A stretch of 64,000 nucleotides of DNA, taken from IMG/VR virus record IMGVR_UViG_3300045988_139474, positions 32,001-96,000 of that record; one strand, given 5' to 3'. Below, one piece after another: positions 53,133 through 62,799 of the stretch (positions are counted from its first letter, which is position 1; each line of letters begins with the position of its first letter). The position numbers and the translations under genes are program-made. Source of the DNA: a virus. The notes beneath the pieces are model-generated. The model made no database searches. It saw only the letters and a list, made by a program, of their open reading frames with translations, and was not told the DNA's origin.

Positions 53133-54132
53133 GATTCCATCCTTCGGTGTGGATACCTTGATTCAACCAGCTTTCAAGCCCTCTTACGATATACGGCTGA
53201 GGGGTTATCAGGGATTGAATAGCAGATTTGTCCGTATGAGTCAAAGCCCATTGATTAGCAATCTCAGGATAGATAGCGTCATCAGTCAAGATATAGTCCA
53301 AGCGAGTCAATTGCAGGTTGTACTCAATCTTGTTAAGCTCGTCCTGCGTATAGACAGTTGTATCCTTCGCTTTGAACGCATCAATAGCTTCCTGAGGTGT
53401 CTTGCGTTTCAAGCCGATTGTCTCAATATCGTCATGACCGCCTGAACTAATCGCTTTCAAGATAGCCAAGTCTAACGGATTCTGAACGCCTGTATTCTGG
53501 ATGACCTTATTCAAGTCCAAAATCTCTTCCTTGCGAAGCATTTTGGTAGAAGCAGTCATTGATTGCTGCCAGTCACTATCAACCGTTGCAAGCCAACAGT
53601 TATCATGATTGTGGCTGAAGTACATACCCAAGTCATCGGCTTCTAAGCCTCCGATATTGATAACATGGAAGCCCAGACGGCGTAACAACTGAATAGCAAT
53701 ATCAGTTGCTTCCCAACAGACTTTGAAGCTGTCATCATACTGGCGGGATTCCTTATAGGTCGTGAACTTGGTCTTGTCGCGGTATCTGTATGAGCCTCTA
53801 TCAAACAAGATTACTGCTTCTGCATGGAACTTGAACTGTTCTCGCAGAATCTTCAACAAACTACCAAGAAAGCTGTTAACAGTAATGCTAGGGTCAAGCA
53901 TTGTATGCTTCTGTTTAGCCTCGTCAAAGTTGATGAAGTATTTGTCGAACTGGTCATAACCATTAGACAACATGAAGTCAAACATCTCTGACTCCGTATT
54001 GAAATGGCGTTTACCTTTCGACATAGCATGAAATGCACGTCTGATATAATATGTACCGTCCATAGCCAACAACGGAGTGTTGCTATCTTTCGGTTTAGCT
54101 ATCGGCAATCCGACAATATCCGATAATTGCAT
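53125..54132 (-). CDS. 5'-3' exonuclease / flap endonuclease (T4 RNase H-like)
   Basis: LAMDGTYYIRRAFHA, VILFDRGSYRYRD, GLEADDLGMYF are FEN/5'-nuclease acidic-cluster motifs. Confidence 0.75.
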   Translation of the reverse strand: MQLSDIVGLPIAKPKDSNTPLLAMDGTYYIRRAFHAMSKGKRHFNTESEMFDFMLSNGYDQFDKYFINFDEAKQKHTMLDPSITVNSFLGSLLKILREQFKFHAEAVILFDRGSYRYRDKTKFTTYKESRQYDDSFKVCWEATDIAIQLLRRLGFHVINIGGLEADDLGMYFSHNHDNCWLATVDSDWQQSMTASTKMLRKEEILDLNKVIQNTGVQNPLDLAILKAISSGGHDDIETIGLKRKTPQEAIDAFKAKDTTVYTQDELNKIEYNLQLTRLDYILTDDAIYPEIANQWALTHTDKSAIQSLITPQPYIVRGLESWLNQGIHTEGWNHG

Positions 54133-54144
54133 TGCTGTCTCCTT

Positions 54145-54187
54145 AAAACGACAAAAAGCTAGACAGATTCTTAGGCCTGTCTAGCTT
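54145..54187 (-). terminator. Intrinsic terminator after the SSB-like gene
   Basis: Minus sense AAGCTAGACAGgcctaagaatCTGTCTAGCTT followed by TTTGTCGTTTT. Confidence 0.7.
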
Positions 54188-54205
54188 TGATTATGATTGA
54201 CCTAG

Positions 54206-55279
54206 TTATTGCACGGTGAATTGCGCGAATGGGTCAGCGTCAACGCTCGGAGCTTCGCCAACAGGCGCGGTTACAGCAGGAGTTTCCGCTGGAGCAGCAG
54301 CTGCGGCGGTCGGAGGCGTTTCAACTTTCGGCTCGGCAGCTGGAGTGGCAGCAGGCGCAGGAGTTGGGGTTGAGGCAGGAGTTGTAGCTGCGTCTTTCAA
54401 CTCGGATACGCCGTCCTTGCTTTCGTCATACAGCACTTTGTCGCCAACCTTGATTACCAAGTGTGTAGGTTTCTCAGGGTATTCGACAGGCTTGTTCTCA
54501 CGCTTCGCCACTTTCTCAGCATACTCGCAGTCAGACTTGTACTTAGCTTCACGGATGAAGTCCTTGTTCTCCTTGATCAGCTTAACAGCTTTCTCAACCA
54601 ATTTGTCGTAACGCTCTTGGCTGAACATTTTGGGGATATACAAGTCCTCCAGAACACCGTAATCAAATGCTGAAGTATCCACTGGGCCAGTATTCTTGAG
54701 TGGGAAGAACGGTGCAACGGTACATTTGCCGTCTTTACCACCTTTGTACTGCAAGTCAAGCAGAGGTGTCTCAGCCGACGGGTCAAGCATGCTGACGATT
54801 TGGTCGGGCGCATTAGCAGTCATGTTCTCGATGAAAGACATAACGGCCTCTTCGTGAATGCGCTTACCAATCACGGCGTACAGGTTGCCTGCTTTCCAGT
54901 TATCTGCTGGGGAATCGGTTTCCACCAAGTAGAAGTAGAACAGGAACACGGTTTGCTTGCCCATTGACCATTTTTGAGCATGACGCAAGTAGTTGTAGTA
55001 CAATTCTTGTAACGGATGGCGATGTGTTTTCAATTCCTCAGGAACGCCCTCAACCTCTGACTCACGTTGACTAGGGTCACGTACACCAGCACGGAAATAG
55101 CCGTATGCGTCAAATTTTGCGTAGAAGTGTTTACCTGAGGCGTCAATGATGAAACGGCCACGGTGTTTACCTTCGGGCATGAATACAACATTCTGGGCAC
55201 CGTTGCCACCGCTTTCGTCAGCTTTGATTGCTTTGTAACTATCCAAGGATTGTTTCAAAAAGTCTAAGGTCAATTCCAT
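54206..55279 (-). CDS. gp32-like single-stranded DNA-binding protein (candidate)
   Basis: NVVFMPEGK and IGKRIHEEAV resemble T4 gp32 VIRFLPSK and FGKKIWDKI. A Pro/Ala-rich linker ends in the acidic-aromatic tip VDADPF. Sits in the replication module. Confidence 0.5.
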   Translation of the reverse strand: MELTLDFLKQSLDSYKAIKADESGGNGAQNVVFMPEGKHRGRFIIDASGKHFYAKFDAYGYFRAGVRDPSQRESEVEGVPEELKTHRHPLQELYYNYLRHAQKWSMGKQTVFLFYFYLVETDSPADNWKAGNLYAVIGKRIHEEAVMSFIENMTANAPDQIVSMLDPSAETPLLDLQYKGGKDGKCTVAPFFPLKNTGPVDTSAFDYGVLEDLYIPKMFSQERYDKLVEKAVKLIKENKDFIREAKYKSDCEYAEKVAKRENKPVEYPEKPTHLVIKVGDKVLYDESKDGVSELKDAATTPASTPTPAPAATPAAEPKVETPPTAAAAAPAETPAVTAPVGEAPSVDADPFAQFTVQ

Positions 55280-55356
55280 TTTTATATCACTTTCTCTGGC
55301 CGTAATTTCAGGCCAACTAGGTCAATCAATATATCGGGTTAAGATTTCGGGTCGGA

Positions 55357-55707
55357 TTATTCGTCAGCTTCAACAGGAGTTTCGCCTGCTTCAGTAGCAG
55401 GTTTATGAGCAGCTGGAACAGCAACAGTAATTTTGCCGTTTACTGCGTCTTTGAAAGCTTGGCCGAATTTGAAAGATGGGCGTGTAGCAGCGGCAATGGT
55501 AATACGCTCACCAGTCACAGGGTTGAAGCCTGGACGCTCTTCTTGATGGGCTGAGCCAAAAGTGCCAAAGCCACGCAATTCAACTTTTTCGCCTTTAGCA
55601 ACGGTGCCCACGATAGTGTCCAGCAGGTTGTTAACCACTTTCTCAGCGACAACTTTAGTGAAACCATTTTGTTCAGCGGTCAGGTTAATCAGGTCAGTAC
55701 GATTCAT
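55357..55707 (-). CDS. HU/IHF-family DNA-binding protein with ~25-aa acidic C-terminal tail
   Basis: MNRTDLINLTAEQ...VAKGEKVELRGFGTFGS...RPGFNPVTGERITIAA...PSFKFGQAFKDAV is the HU fold signature. Confidence 0.85.
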   Translation of the reverse strand: MNRTDLINLTAEQNGFTKVVAEKVVNNLLDTIVGTVAKGEKVELRGFGTFGSAHQEERPGFNPVTGERITIAAATRPSFKFGQAFKDAVNGKITVAVPAAHKPATEAGETPVEADE

Positions 55708-55780
55708 TTTGTATTTCCTTGTGAAATATCAGGCTTTTATACGCAGCCTGTTAGCGTTTTGGGCGGTATTGCCCTGGGAT

Positions 55781-55820
55781 TCATAATACACAAAGAACGA
55801 AGAAACCGAAAAGCGCATAT
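55781..55820 (-). promoter_or_regulatory. Class-1 conserved promoter motif, copy f
   Basis: Minus sense ATATGCGCTTTTCGGTTTCTTCGTTCTTTGTGTATTATGA, about 70 nt upstream of the HU start. Confidence 0.55.
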
Positions 55821-55870
55821 TTCGGAAAATATTTTTAATTTTCGGCTAATTCTTTGTTTTATATCAAAAC

Positions 55871-56881
55871 TTAGTTTGAAATGAAGCTTTTGAGCAAAGC
55901 CATAGCATGCTGATTTTCAGTATTAGCAAGCTGGGAGGCTTTCGTGAGATTACCGTCAGCTGCGGCCTTCTCAAGTGTCTCATTCAGCAATGTATTGAAG
56001 CTTTCATGAGTTGTATCCAAAGCATTACTCATCAATCTGATAACGTCTGTTGCATTAGCATCAAACATGATTGTTTCGGCTATGGTTGAATAAACTCGGT
56101 ATTCTTCACCTAACTGGTTGCCTTGGTCCAGATACATCATAGCTCGGCAGGCCGATTCGTCTAATGCAGGAACAATCCTGTTATACACATTCCGCAGGGA
56201 GCGGTATTGCGTCAGCAGTAGCAAAGCATTGATGTCCTTGATAGACGTCAGAAGAATGAAGATGTCAGGATAGTCTTGGCGCAAGTAGTACAAGAACAGC
56301 ACCCTTTGCGCGGTTGAGGTCATCTTATCAAAATGTCTGAATTTGACTTCTTGTTCCATGTTGATTCCGTTGTATTGTAGCAGCCAGTAGATGTAGTGCC
56401 TATCTCCATCAGAGTACAGGCCGTCTAAAAGCTTGTATGTGCGTATGAAGCTATACATCAATAGCCTGAGGTGAGCTGGTGTGTCTTTCATCAAGTCCTC
56501 AAACATGAAGTCAATAGCAATCTTGTTAATGCTGGATGGCTCGGAATATTCAGGAATGTCGGCCAAGACGGAATAAGAGATAGTGGCTGTTTGGAAATGT
56601 ATGCCCTCCTGCTCAATCAAGTCGTACAGGAATTCCAGTGTAAGCTCGAAGTTTTCCTCAGCCATCTTGGTCTGAACAACAGTCAAAGAGATAGTTGAAG
56701 CTGAATCCAAATCCCCGCCAGTCATCTCATAAGAGTTTTTCAGCGCACGGCTTACAAGATAAGTTGAGATGACCAACAGTCTAGGCAAATCAAGCGGTTC
56801 TTTTCCCGATAGGTTGAACTCAGCCACTAGGTCAGGCGAAGACATTGATTGATAATGGTTGACATAAAATTCCAGATTCAT
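55871..56881 (-). CDS. Hypothetical protein (336 aa)
   Basis: Long ORF. No motif recognised. Confidence 0.6.
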   Translation of the reverse strand: MNLEFYVNHYQSMSSPDLVAEFNLSGKEPLDLPRLLVISTYLVSRALKNSYEMTGGDLDSASTISLTVVQTKMAEENFELTLEFLYDLIEQEGIHFQTATISYSVLADIPEYSEPSSINKIAIDFMFEDLMKDTPAHLRLLMYSFIRTYKLLDGLYSDGDRHYIYWLLQYNGINMEQEVKFRHFDKMTSTAQRVLFLYYLRQDYPDIFILLTSIKDINALLLLTQYRSLRNVYNRIVPALDESACRAMMYLDQGNQLGEEYRVYSTIAETIMFDANATDVIRLMSNALDTTHESFNTLLNETLEKAAADGNLTKASQLANTENQHAMALLKSFISN

Positions 56882-57099
56882 AATTTCAAAGCCCGATAAT
56901 CTCTCAAATCGTCAATCAAGGTTCTGCGTTCAGGGACACGCTCATCATTGATGGTGATATCAAAGTTGGTCTCAGAGTTGCGAGTTATCGTCAAGCCTTT
57001 ACCAATGCCTGTTTCGCCGATAGGAATTTGAGCGATAACAGTCAATACCGATTCCAAGTCCAATTCATCAATCTCAATCTTAGCCGTCATGTCCGTCAC
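56878..57099 (-). CDS. Hypothetical small protein (73 aa)
   Basis: 4-nt overlap coupling on both sides. Confidence 0.5.
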   Translation of the reverse strand: MTDMTAKIEIDELDLESVLTVIAQIPIGETGIGKGLTITRNSETNFDITINDERVPERRTLIDDLRDYRALKL

Positions 57100-57496
57100 C
57101 TTTCAGCCATTCGGCCTTATCCATGACCTCAATATCAATGATGATAGTTTCCTCCGATTCTTTCGTCTGCACTTTTCGGCTTTCGATTGCTACCGTCTGA
57201 CTATCATCAATCCCTGTTGCTTTCATAATACCGTCCTCAACATACTTAAACATGTTGCTGGTGTCTCTGCGCCAGTAGTTTGTATTGAGCTTGAAAGTCA
57301 GGGAAAGCTTGTAGCACTTCTCAGGGTCATCTTTCAAGACATCATTTATCCCCTGACGTTGCAATAGCTCCTTGATTTTGGTTTGCATCTTTACAACGTC
57401 AGGGTTCAGATAAATCCATGCCTTCATTCCCTTCTGGCCTAGCTTATGGGCGTTGTTTGTAGATTCGATTTTCGGTAATGTTACGACAAATTTCAT
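57080..57496 (-). CDS. RusA-family Holliday junction resolvase
   Basis: RRDTSNMFKYVEDGIMKATGIDDSQTVAIESRK fits the RusA D.DN..K...D.L....I.DD.QI pattern. 138 aa. Confidence 0.6.
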   Translation of the reverse strand: MKFVVTLPKIESTNNAHKLGQKGMKAWIYLNPDVVKMQTKIKELLQRQGINDVLKDDPEKCYKLSLTFKLNTNYWRRDTSNMFKYVEDGIMKATGIDDSQTVAIESRKVQTKESEETIIIDIEVMDKAEWLKGDGHDG

Positions 57497-58764
57497 GAAT
57501 TTCCTTTGGCGATTGAGCCCTTATACATAGCCAACTCTGCTTGAGTAATGCTAAGCATTCGGCCTGTTGGGGTCATACGGATAGCTTGAGTGATATCAGA
57601 CTGGCCACGACGCATTTTGGCGATATTCATCATACCAATCTTATGATTGCCTGGGTTTCTAACCTTACCAATGGTAATCATGATATCAACGGTATGCTGT
57701 TTGCGTGAGGATTCGCCAGCGGAATCTAAGCCCAGAAGCTCCTCACCCCACAAGTGGGATTTCGGCTGAGAAGCAATCATAACCACACGCGCCTTAGCAC
57801 CTGTTGGTCGGGCAATTTCGGTTGCGCGCTCATAAATCTCACCGCCTGTATGATACATATTGTCAGGGTCAGAGTTGTCAGCCAAGTTTGAGTCATAGTC
57901 AATTACAACCATATCATACTTGTCTGGTTCTTCCTCCACCAAGTTTTGAATTTCGGCTGAAGTCAGCTTCTTACTAGGCACCAACACCAAATCAATATTC
58001 TCAACGGCCTTTTTAACAGCATCAGTATAGTAGGCAGCTGGGTTCAGAATCACCTCGCTGTACGGCTTATCCAAGACTGACGATGAGATACGCGTGATGA
58101 AGTCAAAGCGTAACAAGTCACCCAAAGCAATATACAACACCCGATAGCCAGCCATTGAAGCATGGACTGACTCTTGAATCATAGCAGCCGTCTTACCTAA
58201 GCCAGGGACACCCACGACCATAACAACGCTGCCCGGCAGGTATCCACCGAAAGCAGAAGCATTCTTAACAGCGTCAAAGGAAGTCGGCAAGATACGGTCA
58301 AGTGTACCCAATTCCTCCTCAACCACTTTTGAGGCATCCAAAGATTTCAGCTGAATCACGTCAGTGGCTGGCGACAATTCTTTCGGAATCTCGCTAATCA
58401 AATCAACCATTCGGTCGATATTCTGACCTTCTGAAGTTACAATGTCGGCGATTCGTTCACGCTTGTAATAGTGAAACATGCCTGACGCCATAGCCCTGAC
58501 TTGAGGCTCGGAGTTACAGGCACGGATGTTACTCGCAATCTTAATGAAAGTTTCCAGTTCAGCTGGTACCAATTTATTTGCTAGGACGGCTCGTGTCGAT
58601 TCTGGCTCCCACTTACTGAGGTCAAAATTCGATTCCTTCATGAGCGTTTTTGCAACGTCCGTTTTCCATGGGAACGTCTTTACAATGCCTCGCGTCATCC
58701 GACTCATCATCGGGTTGAACAGCGAAGCCAGAAAGTTCATTTCTGAGTTCAATTCCATACTCAA
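57493..58764 (-). CDS. RecA-fold ATPase, DnaB/T4 gp41-like replicative helicase (candidate)
   Basis: Walker A GVPGLGKTA, Walker B MVVIDYDS. 423 aa. Adjacent to other replisome genes. Confidence 0.5.
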   Translation of the reverse strand: MSMELNSEMNFLASLFNPMMSRMTRGIVKTFPWKTDVAKTLMKESNFDLSKWEPESTRAVLANKLVPAELETFIKIASNIRACNSEPQVRAMASGMFHYYKRERIADIVTSEGQNIDRMVDLISEIPKELSPATDVIQLKSLDASKVVEEELGTLDRILPTSFDAVKNASAFGGYLPGSVVMVVGVPGLGKTAAMIQESVHASMAGYRVLYIALGDLLRFDFITRISSSVLDKPYSEVILNPAAYYTDAVKKAVENIDLVLVPSKKLTSAEIQNLVEEEPDKYDMVVIDYDSNLADNSDPDNMYHTGGEIYERATEIARPTGAKARVVMIASQPKSHLWGEELLGLDSAGESSRKQHTVDIMITIGKVRNPGNHKIGMMNIAKMRRGQSDITQAIRMTPTGRMLSITQAELAMYKGSIAKGNS

Positions 58765-60239
58765 ATGTCCTTAGTTTGTTGTGTTTTCAAGATGAAGTGG
58801 TCTTTCAACATCTGCATTTTATGCCTCATCTGACGGTTCATTACGCCGTTATGCTTATCATACAGCAAGGCGCATGTTAACTCGGTCGTCCTAGCTGCAC
58901 GGCCTACAGGCTGTACTAAGCCTTTGAACGATACGCTAGTGATGGGGATAACGCTGTTGATGTTAGGAATATCCAAGCCCTCAGTACCCACTTGGTTTGC
59001 TATCAACACTCTAAACGCTTTTTGTGCAGCCAAAGCTTTCAGCTGCTCCAATGTCATAGATACCTCGCCAACAGGCGATAACTGAACTTGGGCGGACAAA
59101 AAGACTGTCCGAATGCCCATAAGGTTCAAAGCATTACAGATAGCAGTACCAGTCTCAATTGAAGTCGTCTCAGGTATAAACACGATACCGTCTGGCATAT
59201 CCCCAATAATCCTAGCTAACGTCAATGGGAAGTTAGGGTGCTTCAGGGTACAAGCTCCGATGAACTGAGGTGTTGGAACATCTTTATCAAGGTTTTCGGC
59301 CACTACTTGCTCATACTCAGCCTTGCTGATAATTTCCGCATTGTAGCTTACCAAATTGATAGGCACTTGTAGCTTCACATGGATAAGAGATTCCCCGAAA
59401 TATTCCAGCATTGCGAAGTTTTGCTGAGTCAGCTGTTTTCTCAATACTAGGTCAGGTGTCACCTCATGTCCAGACTTAGCGTCAGCTGAGCCAGTGAAGC
59501 CATACAGGAAGTCTGGATTACACGCCTTGATAACCTGTTTCCAAGTATCAGCTGAGGCGTGGTGAGCCTCGTCAGCGATTAGAAGGCCGACATTCGACAA
59601 TTCATCCCAGCGTTCAGGCTTGGTAGCAGCTGACTTGACGAAGCCTGTTGGGTGAATCAATTTCACTCGGCTGGTATCAACGTCATACTGCTTCAATCGC
59701 AGTTCCAATTCCTTCAGCAGGTTCTTGGTAAATGAAATCAGCACAACGTCTTTGTCGTGCTGTTCCAAGTATGATTCTACCAGCGCGGAAATGATAGTTG
59801 CTTTACCATAACCAACAGCCAGAGACACAATGCCTGAACTCTTCTCTTTCAATAGCGCAGCCGTCTGTAACTGAACTTGGTCGTATCCCATGTCCTTCTT
59901 AGGATGAGACGCAAAGATGCCCAGCCAGCGTTGTGTTATCTCAATTCCTTTGTCGTCAGTCTTTTCACCAACAACCTTATAGGGCATGCCGTTAGCAGAC
60001 AACACATATTTCAGGGTGCTCAATAGGCCTTTGAAGACATACAGGCATTTATCCTTCAATCTGCTGTCGCGCTTGAGGTAAGCTACATCTTCATCTGCGA
60101 CAGTCCATTTCTTGAGGTGATACAGATACCGTCTGTTTTGTTCCCTCTGGGTGAATATACGCTCGAAGCTATTATATTCCCTGTCTGTCTCAAACTCGAT
60201 TCTAAGCTGGCCGTTTTTCAGACACTCAACTGTTATCAT
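58761..60239 (-). CDS. SF2 DEAH-box helicase (UvsW/RecG-like class)
   Basis: AVGYGKAT (deviant Walker A), LIADEAHHAS, and C-terminal helicase motifs GTEGLDIP and QPVGRAAR. Confidence 0.65.
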   Translation of the reverse strand: MITVECLKNGQLRIEFETDREYNSFERIFTQREQNRRYLYHLKKWTVADEDVAYLKRDSRLKDKCLYVFKGLLSTLKYVLSANGMPYKVVGEKTDDKGIEITQRWLGIFASHPKKDMGYDQVQLQTAALLKEKSSGIVSLAVGYGKATIISALVESYLEQHDKDVVLISFTKNLLKELELRLKQYDVDTSRVKLIHPTGFVKSAATKPERWDELSNVGLLIADEAHHASADTWKQVIKACNPDFLYGFTGSADAKSGHEVTPDLVLRKQLTQQNFAMLEYFGESLIHVKLQVPINLVSYNAEIISKAEYEQVVAENLDKDVPTPQFIGACTLKHPNFPLTLARIIGDMPDGIVFIPETTSIETGTAICNALNLMGIRTVFLSAQVQLSPVGEVSMTLEQLKALAAQKAFRVLIANQVGTEGLDIPNINSVIPITSVSFKGLVQPVGRAARTTELTCALLYDKHNGVMNRQMRHKMQMLKDHFILKTQQTKDI

Positions 60240-62080
60240 AGCATGTCTCCATATGTGATATCATACTTGTGTTCTCGGTTCTTCGTCAGGCTGCGAATCA
60301 GGCCTTTCTGTACCTTACCTTCAACGCGGAAACCATCATACTCATATGATGCGATTTTCAAGCCTTCGGCTCGTAAGCCCTCGATTGTATGATGGATGAA
60401 ATCCAATTCTTTGCCTTGGCAGTACCATACCAACAGTTTGCTATGAGAATTGAAGATTTCAGAATCCTCTGTAATCACACTTACACCGTTGAAATACATC
60501 TTCTTGCCTGTAAAGCCTGTTACAACTTGACCGTTTTCAAAGATAGCCTCTTGGATGAACTTAGCTCGTTGAGTCGGAGCATCTTGACCCCAAACACGTG
60601 TTCTGCGTTTGATGTAGTCAATTGCGTGAGTATGGATTGCTTCGGATACTCTGCCCCAGTAGTTCACGATACTGTCCCAAACTCTGTCGGCTTGTTCTGC
60701 GGAGTCAGTTGCTTCCCAGATGCGGGTGTAAACTGATGACGTGGCTTTATCTTCCAAGCTTGCGCCCATGAAGATTGCATTGGTACAGTCTTTAAACAAC
60801 TGATACTCCACACCGCACAAAGCTGCGATAACACGTTTGTCTTCCAAGTAGTCATCAATCAGCTCAGTTACTGTTCTGCCTCGTTGGTTGTCTTTAACAC
60901 TAACGAATTGGCCATTTTCATCAAACTTGCGTTTCACTTGATAGGCTCGGAAAGCGGTTTTTCTCAACAGCATTGGGTAGGCTGATTTCATGTCCACTTT
61001 GGTTGCTTTAGCAAACAGGTGAGATTTCAGACGGCCTTTGAGTAAGGTCACACTTGAATTGTAAACTCGTCCATAAGCAGTAACAGTCACATCGTCTGCG
61101 TTGAAGACTTGCAATTTGGTAACATCCGCCTTGACTTTAACAGTCAACGGATTCACTTTCAGACGTTTGATAGCATCAATATCGCCCAAGTTGATATCAG
61201 GAATGCTGTTATCAATCTCAATCTCAGTAAATTGGCCTAAGGCTTCTACCAATTCTTGTTGTTTTCTGAAGCCCTCAGCAGTCAGTACAACACCGTCTTT
61301 GATTTGGCTCAGATGGAACTCGGGTTTGCGGTTTGCATACTCAGTTTCCATATAAACAACTTCAAGATTGTTTGCTTTCCAGATAGCTTTTCGGCTTCTT
61401 GGAGATTCATACACGCGTAAGACTTCTTGAATTGCTTTCCACATGAACTCTACAGGCAGAGCAAGCGCAGCAGGCTTAGCCTCGAATTTCTTGTTGTAGC
61501 GTTCAGTCAAGATGTCTGCATAATATGGGCTGATATGGTCTTCAGCATAAGTGCCCAGGAACAGCGCCAATGAACCCGCAGCCCATTTACAATTGCGGGA
61601 TACCTCATCAGTCGGAGACTGACCGCGACCAGTCAGTACAACACCATCTTCGTCAATCAGGGTTGCACCGTTCAGGCCACCAGCTTGAGCTTGTTGGTTA
61701 GCTCGGTGACCGAAAGATACCAGCCAGTGTTCTTTGTCGAACTGGGCTTGAGTGATTACTCGTTTCAGGCCGTCTATCGTCAAATTGGCCAGGAGTACAG
61801 ACAGAGGTGTTTTTGAGTTCAATTTCAGGGTTTTCACACCTTGTTTGATTGCGGATTCAGGCGTGTCCGCATAAACAACTTGAAAATCTGTTCTTGTATC
61901 AATGTAGCCTTGGATTGTCTCACCCAGAGTCACTTTCACTCTACGCATTATCGATTGAGGTAGCATGTTAACCAAGTCAACAATGCTAAACGCAGTATTT
62001 TGAGCCGTTGCGTCGTCAGGTCGGGCGGTGACCTTTGCGGCTTTGAATTCAACATAATTGTTGTGTTTAGCGGTTGACAT
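60236..62080 (-). CDS. Hypothetical protein (614 aa)
   Basis: Long ORF. Only loose polymerase-like words were seen (see rejected list). Confidence 0.6.
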   Translation of the reverse strand: MSTAKHNNYVEFKAAKVTARPDDATAQNTAFSIVDLVNMLPQSIMRRVKVTLGETIQGYIDTRTDFQVVYADTPESAIKQGVKTLKLNSKTPLSVLLANLTIDGLKRVITQAQFDKEHWLVSFGHRANQQAQAGGLNGATLIDEDGVVLTGRGQSPTDEVSRNCKWAAGSLALFLGTYAEDHISPYYADILTERYNKKFEAKPAALALPVEFMWKAIQEVLRVYESPRSRKAIWKANNLEVVYMETEYANRKPEFHLSQIKDGVVLTAEGFRKQQELVEALGQFTEIEIDNSIPDINLGDIDAIKRLKVNPLTVKVKADVTKLQVFNADDVTVTAYGRVYNSSVTLLKGRLKSHLFAKATKVDMKSAYPMLLRKTAFRAYQVKRKFDENGQFVSVKDNQRGRTVTELIDDYLEDKRVIAALCGVEYQLFKDCTNAIFMGASLEDKATSSVYTRIWEATDSAEQADRVWDSIVNYWGRVSEAIHTHAIDYIKRRTRVWGQDAPTQRAKFIQEAIFENGQVVTGFTGKKMYFNGVSVITEDSEIFNSHSKLLVWYCQGKELDFIHHTIEGLRAEGLKIASYEYDGFRVEGKVQKGLIRSLTKNREHKYDITYGDML

Positions 62081-62250
62081 GATTGTCCTTTCACGATTGA
62101 GAGGTTATTATATCGAAATTTGCTAGCAAAATCGAATGTGCCTCGCCACTGGAATATTGTCTAAGCCAAGCTCCTAGACAAAATTGTAAGTCATTGATTC
62201 TGTTCAGAAGAAAGTTTCAGGCCTTTCGTCTTTCTTCTCGCTTGGGGTGT

Positions 62251-62290
62251 TCACAATACACAAAGAACGGTAGGATGTAAAAGCGCATTT
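62251..62290 (-). promoter_or_regulatory. Class-1 conserved promoter motif, copy g
   Basis: Minus sense AAATGCGCTTTTACATCCTACCGTTCTTTGTGTATTGTGA, about 165 nt upstream of start 62080. Confidence 0.55.
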
Positions 62291-62368
62291 TCTTTAAAAT
62301 AATTTCGACTTTTTCGATAACTCGTTGTTTTTACTAAGAAGAAAGTTTAAAATATTTTCGATTTTCTT

Positions 62369-62394
62369 TCCCTGCTGGGGATTAAGGTCAGGGA
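62369..62394 (-). other. CCCTG/CAGGG hairpin closing the module-F spacer
   Basis: Minus sense TCCCTGaccttaatccccagCAGGGA, immediately before the A/T-rich block of class-1 copy g. No U-tract. Confidence 0.35.
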
Positions 62395-62799
62395 TTGAGG
62401 GAAATTTCAAGCTTCAATCTTCAGGCCTCAAGCTTTCGGCTCGATTCCTCTTGTGATTGAGGGTTATACAGGCTCAAGCCTCGCTCAGGCAGAAGTTTCA
62501 TGTTTCAACAGGTTTGAGGAGGATTCATGACTGATTCCTTCTTATATTTCCACTCTTGCTTGACCACATAGCAGAGCCTTTCATGTTTCAAGTCTCATGT
62601 TTGATTGAGGTAGCAGGGTAATGAATGATTGTTTCATCTCTAGCCTGCTACACCACACAAGCAGGCAGACGGTTTAAGCTAGGATTTCACTCAACATCAG
62701 GGTTGAGAATTGAAGATTTCAGCCTCATGGCTTGAGATTTAGGATTCATGATTGTTGAGGGATTGAGAGGGTTTATGATTCATGTTTCAACACTCAATA

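Noticed and set aside
60236-62080. 614-aa protein as a second (family B or protein-primed-like) DNA polymerase.
   Set aside because: DMKSAYP resembles motif A D..SLYP, and KDCTNAIFMG loosely resembles K...NS.YG. But the motif C candidate YEYDGF has a single Asp, no exonuclease motifs were seen, and the spacing is atypical. This is too weak without a profile search.
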